Made by a program: the position numbers and the translations under genes
Notes under the pieces: model-generated
Databases searched by the model: none
What the model saw: the letters and a program-made list of their open reading frames with translations, nothing else
What the model was told of the DNA's origin: nothing
Shown here: piece after piece, positions 48,988 through 62,292 of the stretch
Layout of the letters: each line of letters starts with the position of its first letter
Numbering within the stretch: the first letter of the stretch is position 1
From: Phoronis australis
Taxonomy: Eukaryota; Animalia; Phoronida
DNA length: 64,000 nt
Assembly (NCBI GenBank): GCA_002633005.1
Contig: NMRA01000207.1
Location: 271,470-335,469, forward strand
Direction of reading: 5' to 3'

Positions 48988-51900
48988 CTAAAAGAAACAA
49001 GAAAATCTCGTCAGAACACAAAACAACTGGAAACAATGAATTGGTATAAATGTTTTTCCATAGTTATTTGATGCGCAAGTGATAAAAAGTGATTGGCCAC
49101 GTTCACTTCTGTTGAAAATGGCCCCGTTTGATAATTATAAATACCAAGGATCCCTCGGAATAACCACATTTGAAAACAATAATGAGTCCATCACTGCATC
49201 GCTTTTAAATACAAGGAACATACATCACAGGCTGACAGCGGTGCAGAGTTGTGCCCGCGATTTTACGTTTGGGTTGTAACAAGTCGCCACACTGTCGAAG
49301 ATTAAGAAAAGAGGAAACATCAATATACCATCCAATTGAAAAGAAATAAAACGGGGCTTCCAGCTCAAACTTATAGATGTTTACTAAGCTTTCTGTGAGC
49401 AAACAGGGCTGTTTTTCACAGAATGTAGACATTTTATTGTCAGGAATTCAGTCGAGTGTACTCAAGGCCGCTAAGTAAACTAATATTAGGCAGATTCGCA
49501 AACGGACCCGGGTGCAAATAAGCCGGAGAAGAGAAAAGTATTGAGTTTATTTGAACAACTCAGTGAAAACACGGCTTGCCTTTATCCGGCCACTTAGCGC
49601 GAGTGTTTGCTCGAGCAGGGCAACAAATCCGAGTTTCAACTGCTTACTGTCTCCCCACCACCGGACATTCAGGAATGAATAAAATGTTGGCAACCTGTTG
49701 AATACTAAAAGCAAGTAATTCGAAGATAAAGCAAAGCCAATTCCTGAGAAAGAACCATTCTCCGCAAGACGCACTCCGAGAACGAGGCTGACCACATCTA
49801 CGAAAAATTCGAGTAATAGTAATAGCACACTGATGAATCTTTTGTTTGTACACGAAAGAGTAAGAAGGGGTCAGAACAAAAAGATTCAAATTCTGATTCA
49901 TTTAATTACCATTCGCGGTTAAAATAAGAACTCCACAAGAAAGACGGACGACAGTTGACACCGCTCGCTGATGCTTTGTGGTGTTTGACCGTTAACGAGT
50001 TGTGGCCACAAACGAAATCGTTGTTCCAGTCGGTGGAACAACCGCCATGTTGAAATTTGATAAGAGCAATGATGGTTAAAACTAGGTCATTTCGACACGT
50101 TAACTTCCAACTTATCGGTGATTACAGTACCTAATGTGCCCGATAAGACCCATCCGTCGGTATAAAAGTCCGGTATTAAAATTTATTGTGTGTAAACATC
50201 GGCAATAGGTACACCAGGGAGGCGAGATTAAAGCGTTCTTAGTCCAAGCACAACAAAGGAATTCCCTATGCCCGGTTTATGTAGTTTGTTTACACGAAGA
50301 GTTGAAACAAGAAATTTAAAGCCAACTTCACACAACATTCTAGCCAATTCCGAATAACTTCCAACACGCAATACCCGACCCCTGCCTATCACAGACACCG
50401 ACGGTACGGCGACCATTCCCAATTACGTGTCACAGCAAACCTAACCATTAGACACCAAGCAGCGTTAAACCATTCGAGATCAAGCAAAGTTTAACCTGTT
50501 CTATGCCTTAGTTTCCTGTCATTCTTTACTGCTAAAATAAAGCGCTGGTGCTAACAACTTTCCCGACCTGCATTATAACGATTCAGAGCGACGTCTCAGA
50601 ACCTTGAGAGGAGTTTGACAAACTCCAACCTTTTCTAATGCACAAAGAAATGGTGTTGGTTTTGAAGAATTGTCAGTATTGTCACAGTGATGTTATATTT
50701 CAAAAATGACGACATGTTCACCATCAGGAAATGCTGATCACTTGTTAATATTGTTGGGCAAAGGGACATTACAGAATGTCGGTACGAACTAACTAGATTT
50801 GTGCCTACATAGAATTTGGAGCAGGTAACATTCCCCACAAAGGTATCTATTGCGTTTATGCCACACACGTGAGCTTCGTGCCAGAGAGTAAGTAGGCTTG
50901 ATTTATCTTGTGACGTTCATTTCTACGTATTCTAACAATGAGTCCATGCATATCAGCACATCACCCACTAGTCCGTGCATTCAGTTAAATATCAACAAAC
51001 AGGCGGTTTTTTAAAAGGCGAGGGGATCGGATCGAGGATTTTTAAAAAGGGAGTCCAAGTCAACTCTTTGACAATTCTAGATATGAAATCACTAAAAATC
51101 AAGGAAAAGGGGGGGTACGGACCCCCTTGAACCCCTGGATCCGCCTGCAGCAAAACTCAGGAATTTAACTCAAGAAACGAGTTTTTTCGAAACCAGAAAG
51201 GGTAGAATGTGATTTTTTATTTTACAACAATCTGGTATTGATTGGGTTACGTGACCATGTCTTGAGTAAAATTAAGCAAAAAAGGAAAGGACAATCAAAG
51301 CAAAACAACTGTTTCGTTTGATATAATTTTTTAAGATTAAACCTCAAAAATATTGATGCAATTTTCTAAATTATCATTTCGCTTTCGTTTTGTGCAACTT
51401 CTCAAAAATCATAAATCCTGCGTCGATAGTCCCTCGTGCAAAACGGGATCAATTTGAAAACAATTCCCAACAGCGTGCTGGAGAACAGTGCATACAGCAC
51501 AGACTGTGAGCATATCAAATGGATACGATCAGCCATATCCGAGATATGGATGAAGTTCCGAATTCAACCAAATGAGTACCGGTACATTTTTCTATAGTTC
51601 AACATAACCTGAAAAGCGGAGTTTACATCTCCCCCGTTAGCCTCCAGGTCACTGAATCTGATTGACACCTAATATCAATGAAGTCGATGAGAATATTACA
51701 ATAATTGTAATGCACGTCTGGTCCTAAAAGGCATAAAAGATTCCTGAATTGACAAACATGAGGTGATAACAGTGCACCTAAACATAGTGACCTCTAGTCA
51801 TGTATAGATTTTGCAAACCTTCTTATGGGATTCCTGTGCATAGTGCGAAGACTGAAGATAACACGTACAGCTATACTTTAGAGTGAACCTTTAGCCGAAA

Positions 51901-54900
51901 ATTATTCCTGTACGCGAAAGGCAGCAAGTCGCGCCCGTGCAGTTTAATTGATTCGGAAAGTACCCAGTTTAGGCTAGCATTGGCGCAAGTACCACGAACA
52001 AAGTTCTACAACCTGTAACGTCAAGTATGAGCAAAAGTAGCACATCCGAACGACGAGTAATTACGGTAATTGCACGCAGCCACGTCTACCCGCCAACGAG
52101 AGGTTCGAAAAGTTTCTTCGCTATTCGTCTCCCAATGCACGGATGAACAAATCTTACAAGTCTGTTTCGTAAAAGAATGCACGTACTGTAAATATTGAAA
52201 TTCAAAGTTCACACGAGTGCACGGATCAGAAATAGTGCTGCGCACGAACTGATCACGACCTGTTTACAGGAGGGATTATGCTGCAACGCGCAACATACGG
52301 GCGTGACCTCACCTCAGTAATAAACAAATTCTGCTGAGCGGGCAGTGAAAAGAAAATTGGATTAGATTTGATAGTCATGAGCACAAGTATCCTTAGGCGG
52401 CATTGGAATAAGGCAAGTGGTCCGGGCAGCGTTGCGTAGACGTAAGAATCGCACGAAAACGCAAGATCATGTAGTTTTCGCGAGATACCACCATGCATTG
52501 AGTGAAGCACGTAATCACAGAACCTTTGAGGGTCTACGGAATACAATCCCGATTAACAAAAAACCCAAACTAGGTGTAATAGGAACTGTATGACCTTTGA
52601 ACCCCATAGATTCTATCTGCTGTTCTCGCAAGTTTCCGGCGACTTCCCTTTAATTGATGATTTCGTGTCGTATCTCCGGCGTGACTGCGGATCTTTCTGA
52701 CATTAGGTATAAAGATGTCGTAAGTGGTGTTTGCAATTCTCGCTCCGATTCAACGTTCCCGAGATATCTGAGACTTACGAGTCTGGTGACTGCTCTTATA
52801 ATTGCGATTTCCTCGCTGCACTTTTATTGGTCTATCGTGTAGTGCTACAGGTCGCATTTTCTGATCGACATGAAATTTGCACAAGTGGTGTGACTCGCGT
52901 TAAATCGATGTCCACTATTTTTGGTCGAAATCGAGAGCAAGATGGCGCTGCGACGGCCATTTTACGTCTAATCGCTGGCAGAGCTACAGCTCTGTGATTC
53001 TTTGACTAGAGAGAACTTCTGAAAATTGGTATGTAGATTGATCTTGCTACAGGTTTTTTGCTGCGGCTTACCCTTTTCGAGTTATCCCAGGTTTTCTGAT
53101 TTGATGACTGCTCTTTTGTTGACCAATTCCTCGCTCCTCAGAGCGCTTTCATTCACTGGTTTTATTTCAGTTCACGCCAGGAAATGGCAAACAAAGTCTT
53201 AGATGTGCATACGAAGTTTGGAACTACTCTCACCCTAACTCTATTCTCAGTATGTGGTCGGAGCGACACCGAAGAATTGACGCTTTGATTGAAACCCTAT
53301 CAAAAGCCAATAAAATGCTGCATCGTCTTGCATCGATTCTCCATTGACCCCTGCTGCCCCCATTGGATTCACGCCTCAGTCATATCGCATTACAGTTAGA
53401 TACAGAAATAGTAGAGAATGTGTCATTTCGGTTACAGCATTAGACTTAGCCAGACAATTGAATTACCGCTGGCTGTTTTTACTGGTAATTCACATCCATG
53501 TGGAGTGGACTAGTGCCAATCCTTAGAAATCAACTTTGATTTATGAGAATTATGACTCAAAATCTGAATGCGTCTCATAGTAATTCGGAGAATTGAATAA
53601 AAAATTCACCGTAAGAAATATCGGGAGGAAATAATTACTTTAAGAAATGACCAGGCCCATGTAAGACCAAATGACCAGGCCCATGTAAGACCAAATGACC
53701 AGGCCCATGTAAGACGAAATGACCAGGCTCAGGTAAGACCAAATGACCAGGCCCATGTAAGACCAAATGACCAGGCCGATGTAAAACCAAATGACCAGGC
53801 CCATGTAAGACCATGACTAGAAGAAATAGCAGTCAAGCTCTGGAGACTTTCAACACAACATTTCATGAAAAGACTAATTCACTCCCTCGACAGTACCTTC
53901 GACACTACAAGTAGTTCGCGATAACAAAATGATAAATTATTACACAGCTTTCTGGAACACAGCAGCAATTAAGACTTGAAATGGAAATCGATATAGCACA
54001 CAACGCAAACAACGAATAAGACCTCATCAACAAAGGTCATGAAAAGGTCCTTTTCCGGTGAAATTCAAGATGTGTTATTCCACCGTTTTGTTCAAAGATA
54101 CACGATACTGGCATCAGAAAACAGCATACATGGCACTGAACATTGGGTCGGCGAAACGTGGCCAAGGAAAATTTCTTTTTTTATAAGCGCAAACCCGTCA
54201 GGCATAGAGGTGAGATGCTCCATCCTGCAGCCAAATCAACCTGAGGGTACTTCTCACTGTATGTGAGCGGAATGTGACGTCATACGCCATACGCAAAACA
54301 TGCTACTACAGAAACCCCCCCCCCCCNTCGCCTCTTCCCGCCTCACTCATCAGTATTAAGCTAAACTGGCTGATGACTGATGCCTCACAGACTTCTAACA
54401 CAAGGAAAACAGCGACCGAATATAGACGATGGACTGTTTTCAGACATTAGGCAAGTGCATAGCAGAACGCAAATACAATAAAATGGCCTTATCGCTCAAC
54501 ATTGCGCTGTCAAAACACAGCGCATGGTACTCGGTTACAGTTTGTCAGAGGTAGAAATGGACTGCCTCAGTCTGAAAGAGCAAGCGTTGAAAGATAAAGG
54601 GGAAGTTTCTTTTCACGAACACAATGATCAAGTGACCACATGGTGGCCACATTTCCTTCGTTGCATTTTTTCACATCAGTATCAAAAAGTAACTACACCA
54701 CTCGAGAGTAGCAGCAAAATCCCAAAATTCACGTCAAATTTAGTTGAACGAACCCCATCTGGTTTATTTATATAATTGCAGGAGACGCCATCGAGAGACA
54801 TTCTCTAACTTGACCATAACAGTTTGCGGGTTTATGCGAGGTACCTCAAAATGTTGTGACATGTTGCGGTGACAATCGCTATGGATACCAATGGATCGTT

Positions 54901-57900
54901 TACAGCATGTAAGGTCAGCTCGAAAATATGCACGGCATTTGACTTCCTATGGGATACCGCTAGTGTGGCGCGCAACGCACGAACAGCCGTAAACCGGACG
55001 TTGTCGCACAAGGGTGGGTCGATTTTAAAAACAAGCTGGTTACGCTTACACCCAAATTTGCTTTCAACATAAATTGAATGCAGACCTTCTTTCCTGACCG
55101 CTTACAGAGAACTGTTAAAAATAATAAAACACATGAAGGACAAATGCAACAGCCTATTTTTGGTAACAAAATTTCACTTCAGATATCTTTCCATAACATA
55201 TTACATTTTCTCGATGCGTGACATTTAGAAGACCAATGCCAGCGTAGGAACCGGGCATGAAAAAAGTGTCGACTGTAAAAAGTAATTGGCAGCGAAATTG
55301 CACTTATCATTTTACACCTCCTCGACATAATGAATTCCACAACAGCAGTTGACCCCAGTGAACTTCAACACACTAGAAATGACTTCAACTTGATCGGAGG
55401 TGGAAATAGCTGCAGGCATTGGGTTTTACCATGCTGCCTAACATGAGCAAAGTCAGACGAGAATCCTTGTTTGGAACTGGATCGTGATTAGCATTCAGAC
55501 CGGCTACAACGAACAATTTGCCAACAATAGGGAAAACATTAGAGGTAGCATTATCATGAGATTTTTTTCAGGAAAAACAGAAACCCGTTTACGTTACTTT
55601 AACAAAGAACTGGACGTCTCCAACGACTGGCAAAGACCGCCGAGGCCGTACGATGCAGTCTAGTTTCATAAAGCAAAAACTGCGGGTGCTACCGAAAAAG
55701 GGGTACATCTTTTGATGTCGGGCTAATTTCAGTCAAGATAGTGACCCCCATAAAACATAACCGTATGCGCCACATATGGGAATTCCATTCAACTAGTGGT
55801 TTAGTGATTAAATGCTTTTAAAACGAAAGGTTATCAAAGTTCTGGTGAAACAGCAAGAGTTGAATGACTTTACCAGGAATTAAGCAGGGAGTACAGTATA
55901 GAAAGCCATTTCAGTGATAGGCGCTGAGATGCTTTCACACAGAAAATAGGAATGTGCCGGTACACGAATTTCCACACCATGATATTAGTAAACACACGCT
56001 GTCAATGAGTGTTTCTTCAACACCATCAATGCCATCACTACTAATACTTCTACAACTAGTCATTTACATACTTTGCTGGTAGCCGTGGCGTTTGCGTCGG
56101 CTTTGACCGCGTCATTGGTGACTTGAACCGTAATATAATCGTTGTCTATGAGAGGCCATGCGCCTTCTACTTTGCACGTTTGGAACTCGCCCCCGAATGT
56201 CCTGAGGTGGGGGTCCCCAAATAATCCGCAGTGTTGGAACACCGTATCCTCGTCTTGGTAAGCGCACACTGCTTGCTCATGCCCCCGGTTCGAGTTACTT
56301 TCACTGGGCACGTAAATGGGTCCATTAATATCACAATTTCCACTCTCCATTTTCTGGCTGAGCATGCGCTTTACTGTATGAAACCGGATGTTTCCTTTAC
56401 AGCCGGAAAGATTGTTTACACAATGGGAGTAGGTCCTGAGAGTTTTGCACTGTATCTCGTCCTGTCTGGGTACACCAGGTACCTCTTCTCCAAGTTTGTT
56501 TTTAGCGTCATTGTATTCCCACCAGCAATTTCCTAAGCCGCACGATGAGGCTGTAAAGGTAAACATTACTATTAAATTTGATCAGATACCTTGAACCGCC
56601 ATAACACAAAGACTGAACTATGTAACCACGTCTGCACTTTCTACAGTAAATACGATATATAAGAGCCCATGCAAAGCTGACTTTCCAAGTTCCAACAAAA
56701 GTGTAAAATGGGGAGCGAAAAACTCCGTTAATTCCCCTGTTTGACATTCTTTTGACATCAAAAAGAAAATACACAGCTGATTGTATATAAATGAGATGTG
56801 TTTCAACACTTTGTCGACTGCCAAGTGAGAATCATTACCGTTTTGTCACAAAGCGCAACCACAGTAAACAAGGCCCACCGGAACCCCTTCGTTACCAGGG
56901 TATTTAGAAAATATTCTTTACGTTTCTGCGATGAATGACTTCTGCAGGCTTCTAGTCTGGCATTAGTTGGAAAGAAAAATAAACAGAAAGGCTGATTTAT
57001 TCTGATTCATTGGCTAACTTCTAACACGTGTTCCCTAGTGACCACAGATGAACAGCGAGATATGGAAAGACACAGATTTAGCTAAAACCGTCACTGATAA
57101 TGGCTATTTAACTGCTTGGTCGTTTCAAAAAGTTTTCCGTTTACCATAGTCTCAATGTATATTTGCATCGCTGTTTGTGAAGAAGTGAACGAAAAGCACT
57201 ACGAAAAATAACGGGTCTTTGCCGCTGTGTCCAGTCTCACATTTCGGAGACATGGATTCAAATTCTAGACATTTTCGAAGAGAATCGAGCACTGCATAAA
57301 ACGTGTCTTCTACTACTGTGGGCTCGACCTCTGAAGTGGATGGCTGAAAGGGAGTAAATGAGAAGTTTGAGAACTGGGACATATATTGTGAAAGGCGAAT
57401 TCCAGAGAAATGTGCAACATTTTGAGACAGGAAAATCCACATGATCTATAACCTTCTTTGTTATTAAGACCAACAATGTGGGACATTACAACAACAAGGG
57501 TTATATCTTCAGTATGTCGGATATTTTTTGACTTGAAGTAAAACCTACTAGAAGTAAATTTTTTATAGGTTTTAAAATATATAGCATTTTGTTCTTCTTG
57601 TTTCAAAGCCTACAAGCAAAATGGACAAACCGAAGGGGAGGCATTTTGCCCGTTTACGAGTGCTGTAGCGTAACCCAGACTCAGTCTCACATGAACCATG
57701 CGAGACCTACGGGGATGCTTTGGTATCACACAGGCACTCTGAGGCATTCCACGAGATACCTAGCAAATCGACAGTGTACCCCCTCCCCCGTCTCCCATGT
57801 GACCCCCACCCCACACCCAGTCTCTTGCCTGCACGAACTCAGGTTTGGTGTCCTTGGAAAAGCTATCTTATAATCCAAACCACATTGGAAACCAGTACCA

Positions 57901-60054
57901 ACAACTCCTATTACTATTAAACTATCACAAACGAACTCCCAGTGTGCAACAGTCGTGTCGAGTGGTGACAGTCTCAAAGTACTTCAAACACCAAACTGTC
58001 TTCATATGCTTTTTCCAATGTGGCTATTTAAAGGGATTTTTGAGAGCTGGACCGCCTGGCAATGGTCGGATATAATGTGCCCGAATTTTGAGAACAAGTT
58101 TTCTCCACCGAATAAAGGGCATGAAATTGGTTTTCAAAATACCGCACGTTATATCCGACTGTTGCCAGGGTCCTCAATCCATCGATTTTGGGGCCGAATA
58201 TCGCCTCCATTCCCCTCTGAAAAATATTGAAAAAACCCACGAAATTACCCTCCTGATGACCAAAAATTCCCCTTGACGTTCCAATCTTGTAACTCACACA
58301 GGTGACAATTTGAAAGAGTACAAAATTTTAGAGAAAGAGCTTATGAGGGCTTGCAACAGTTTGGGGGGGGGGGGGGGTNGGGAGGTTGGGCTTGCAACAG
58401 GGTGGGGGGGCTATTGATGGTGACTGGGAGGTAGAGCTTCCACCTCACACCCATATATTCCCCTCTCAGAAGGCAAAGGCACCTTTCTCCTCAAATGAAA
58501 GAGGGCCTTGATTGCTGACCTCTCTCCCCCGTATAATATAAGGACCTCAAAAATGATAACACCAGCGAAGTCAAGAATAGATGCCAATTTTGTCAACAGT
58601 GACCAGGGAACTGGTCTACTTTGTAGAAGAAACTATTCGAAAACTGACCAATTCCACAGCACACTTCGAGTAAATTTACAAATGTATGTTCGAGAAATGC
58701 CGCTTGAATGGTACAGTTTCCAGTCCGAGACTGAATTCGGAGACTCATTAAATTCTAGTCCCAGATATCAAAGTTGGGTTTCACCTGTGTAATAAAGTTG
58801 CATGAGTATTCCTGGCAATAGCAGTCAGAAACTGACTCACCCTCGCAACAAAATTCCCTCAGCACCACATCTGTTCACAAGAGCTTCCCTAGGTATGTTC
58901 ACAGGTCCTAACACCTGCAAGGGACTGGCACTTCGCGGTAATGCAGGAAGAATGTGACTGGTGAGTTTACTTTCACACAGTAAATGGAAACACCACACAA
59001 AAGACGTCAATTGGATTTTCTACCTTGACTGTGAAGATAGCGTGGGCCCCACCAACAACAACGGTGCTCCTTCTTAACAAAGGGGCATTTCAGTTTTCAT
59101 CGCTTTAATTGAAATAAACCTTAATTGATAGACAGTTGTTCTTTACACACACTATAATTATTTAATTAGATTCACATACGGGCAATGAGCAACAAACAAA
59201 ACGTTGGCCCCTATAACCTTGACAGCAGAGGTCTGTGTTGATTAATCTGTGGAGAGGTTGTCACAAAGCCCCATCACTCAACCCAGGCCTTCACGGCCCC
59301 GGCCATTGTGTTTCTCGAGTCTGGCATTCAAACCTTTCAACCAACCAATATTGCATTTTCCGAGTTACGTAACAGTATCAAATTGCTAGGGTCACTCAAA
59401 TGGTCGGGAACTATCATCAAAGAACCTCGGGCCATGCGCACCTGTTAAAGAATTAACTGTCAGATGCCTGGTGGTACACAAGTGAAATGTATTCGCGTTA
59501 ATACTAGATTTAGTTTTTAGGAACCACATGCTACAAGAATTAGTACGTCATCGTGGGGTTTTTGTCCCACAGAAATCTGTCATTGGCTACAGAAAACAGT
59601 CTCCGTGTCCAGTTGACCCCAATTTAACAGCGCTCGTTTAATTATACACAACGCAGAGAAACCTAAGCGACAATCAGTCACGTTCGTGTTGAAAACGCTT
59701 GAAAGTGTTGGTATTTGGCATCAGATAGGACAAGTGAGGGGATTTGGCCTCGTGTCACTAACAAGCACTTTTGCCAGTTAGTGCAGAGCAATATGTTTTA
59801 TATTATAATAGAGGCGACCTACATAATTGAACTTTGGCAGTGTAGTGTTTAACTAAGGTCTACCCACATGAAATCCACGGATTAACACCTGAAATTCACA
59901 ATGAAATGCGTACTCACCGATGCTGAAGCTCTGGACCATCACAAAACAGAAGATCAATACTGGAATCTGCCCATGGATCGGGCTAAACCGTGACCGTGTT
60001 CCCATACTAGTCCATCGGCTCTGATGTCTTCGCTCAACTAACTCTTCACTCCCG
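48247..60054 (-). CDS. RGM: Repulsive guidance molecule (RGM family; pro-orthologue of RGMA/RGMB/HJV), spliced
   Basis: Three exons join in frame: signal peptide, Cys-rich N domain, CGLFGDPHLRTF autocleavage site, TCKVEGAWPLIDN, YFDSCVFDLLTTGD, hydrophobic C-terminus. Confidence 0.95.
51000..51148. mobile_element. Short MITE-like element
   Basis: CAGGCGG at left, GGGGGTACGGACCCCCTTGAACCCCTGGATCCGCCTG at right, internal CGGATCGAGGATTTTT. Confidence 0.55.
53645..53812. repeat. 24-bp tandem repeat x7 in an RGM intron
   Basis: AAATGACCAGGCCCATGTAAGACC units. Confidence 0.93.
56072..56550 (-). CDS. RGM: RGM middle exon (N domain and GDPH site)
   Basis: TTTACAG acceptor, AAA|GTATGT donor, 479 nt phase 1-0. 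Confidence 0.96.
59918..60054 (-). CDS. RGM: RGM signal-peptide exon (GSEELVERRHQSRWTS-MGTRSRFSPIHGQIPVLIFCFVMVQSFSI); in-frame ATG at 60005
   Basis: TTTCAG acceptor, G|GTGAGT donor in phase 1 matching the next exon, hydrophobic core, W-x-x-M-G motif as in vertebrate RGMA/B. Not in the supplied ORF track. Confidence 0.85.
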
Positions 60055-60284
60055 CTGAAAGAACGGATAAAGGCGACCTATCAATCAAACTGACACTTAA
60101 ATCAATAGGGGATCTGACCGAATCACGTCTTACAATCACTTGCCTGCTTTATCGTGTTTGACGAACTTTTATCAGAGGGATCAGAAAATTCCGCACACCC
60201 GGCTGCGATAACAGATTGATTTGCAGGGATTTCGTAGGGATTTTCTTTTTAAATTTATAAGACATATTAAATCGAAATATAGGT

Positions 60285-60440
60285 TAAGAGGCGTGGCTAA
60301 GACGTTAAAGAAAAGGAATCTGCCAATCACAACTTGAGCTCCGCCTACTTGGGAAATACTATGGCTAATAACTCTACTCACAGCTGTCAAACTTAATTGC
60401 AAATAAACACCATAGGGAGCGGACGTTGATTGGTCAGTTG
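60285..60440 (-). promoter_or_regulatory. Candidate RGM proximal promoter
   Basis: Two CCAAT boxes (GCCAATCA ~60322, TGATTGGTC ~60427) and GC/KLF-type boxes (GGCGTGGC, CTCCGCC) about 250-390 bp upstream of the signal-peptide exon. Confidence 0.4.
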
Positions 60441-62065
60441 AGCGTGTTTAATTCACACTGAGCTCACAAACTGGGATGCCACCGTTTAAAGTCGCACAAA
60501 ATTCGTTTGTTTGCATTTTCAACTGACTGACGATTTTCTCTCAGGTACTTTGCAACTATAAATCAGTAAATTTGGTAAAATACTATAACTACTATAAATT
60601 CATCCTTCACGAATACCTAACAGGACAGAACCGGAAGGTGAATTTCTACACATCACACCCTCTGTACTTGCGTGAAACCTCTTTGGTTTTTGATCGGGAT
60701 TAACTCAAGTCAACGGAGGTGTTGTGAACTGAAGTCACTGAAGCGTGAAATACACCACAACATGCCTGATTGATTCTTTGTTATAAGGGACTGGATTATA
60801 CTGCGCCCCGCTGTAGAGGGGTTAACAAATTCAAATCACCAGCTGCATGTATGTGCTCAGTTGCTAATAGGTTTGGCAGTCTTTGGAGTTTTGCTCTTTT
60901 ACAGTTAGGACAGAAAGACCACTTTCATATTGACGTGCGAATTACAAGACACAGCTCGAATAAGTTCAAATTCGATACTCTGGCAAAGAACGCGGAACAG
61001 CTACAGCACAAGTGCTTTGTGTAACATGTCCTGTTTTGCTTAGGTTCCGTTAAGTTTAACATTCTTTTTTGGCAGACATGAGTTTGAATTTTTTAAAATG
61101 ATGCACAAACTGGTCGTGGAACGACGATCATTTTTCTGTGCTCCTTGAAAAAACTATGAAGTCCTTATTCAAAGCACTTCTGTTCATAGAAGCCTGTTGG
61201 CGCTTCCTTCAGAGCACCAATGATAACTTTCGTAACGTCTTAAACTGTAGAGAAAATCGTTGTCTAATTGTCATTACGAGTGCAGATTTTCAAATGCATC
61301 CACATTTTGGTCAAACCTGCGCAATCTACGACCAAAGCCAGGTAAGCAAAATGCGGTAATTTATCACCGGGTTATTGAAAGATATTTTATCGCTCTTATT
61401 GGCCGTTGTTGTTGATTAATCGGGGATTCGGGTCAGAAACTGCAGAGTTGAGCAGATACGGCACAGAACGCTTCTTTACCGGGCTTATGTCAAACACACC
61501 GGACCAATTCGCACCTTAAGACGTCTGAGAAAATGCCTCATTCCATAATATTACACCTTAGTTCAATAGCAACTACGTATAACATGTTCTAGAGCCTAGG
61601 GGCTTTTATGATAACTGACACCTATTTCAATAACATATAGAATTTCAATTTCAGCTAGTGTTGTAGTAAAGATGAGGACAAATCTTGACATATTAGTGAC
61701 CCTGAGTCACGGTGGTACAATGATTCAATTTGCATTTCCTTTAATGCCACTGAAGTGTAGAATCAACTTCTAATTTAAATTCCACACTGAATTTATGTTG
61801 AAGATCTCGTTTTGCATTACTGTTATTATAATAGACGAAGAACGCTGTTATGTGATTTTGAAATTAAAATTTGTCACCAACCGCTCAAACATTCAAATTA
61901 TGCGTAGGGTCAACTTAGTATAACGATGAAAACAAATTACATTAAGGTTTTAGTTCGCTGCTCCCAAAAGCAGACTCTGCCACTGCTTGTGATGGGTGCG
62001 ACATCTAGTGACGAAATGGGTAACAAGTAACGTGAGTCCTTGTGATGCCTTGAGGAGTCCCTAAC

Positions 62066-62292
62066 TTTGTCAAGGTGCTCGCAGGCGCGTACCAAAAATT
62101 GCGGATAGGCATTACTTTTTCAGCAAGTTTTGAGGGACCAGTGCAGAGTTCAATAGGTCCCTAAATTTCCATTGCGTCCTCGTGAGGCAGAACATCTGCC
62201 CCGCAAAAGGGGGTGTGAATTATCACACCTGGCACCCGCAATAGGGGGCTTCTCAGCAATTTTTGGTACACGCCTGCGGGCACCTTGTCAAT
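62066..62292. mobile_element. MITE with ~35-bp TIRs
   Basis: TGTCAAGGTGCTCGCAGGCGCGTACCAAAAATTGC ... GCAATTTTTGGTACACGCCTGCGGGCACCTTGTCA; second copy at ~39.5 kb. Confidence 0.85.
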
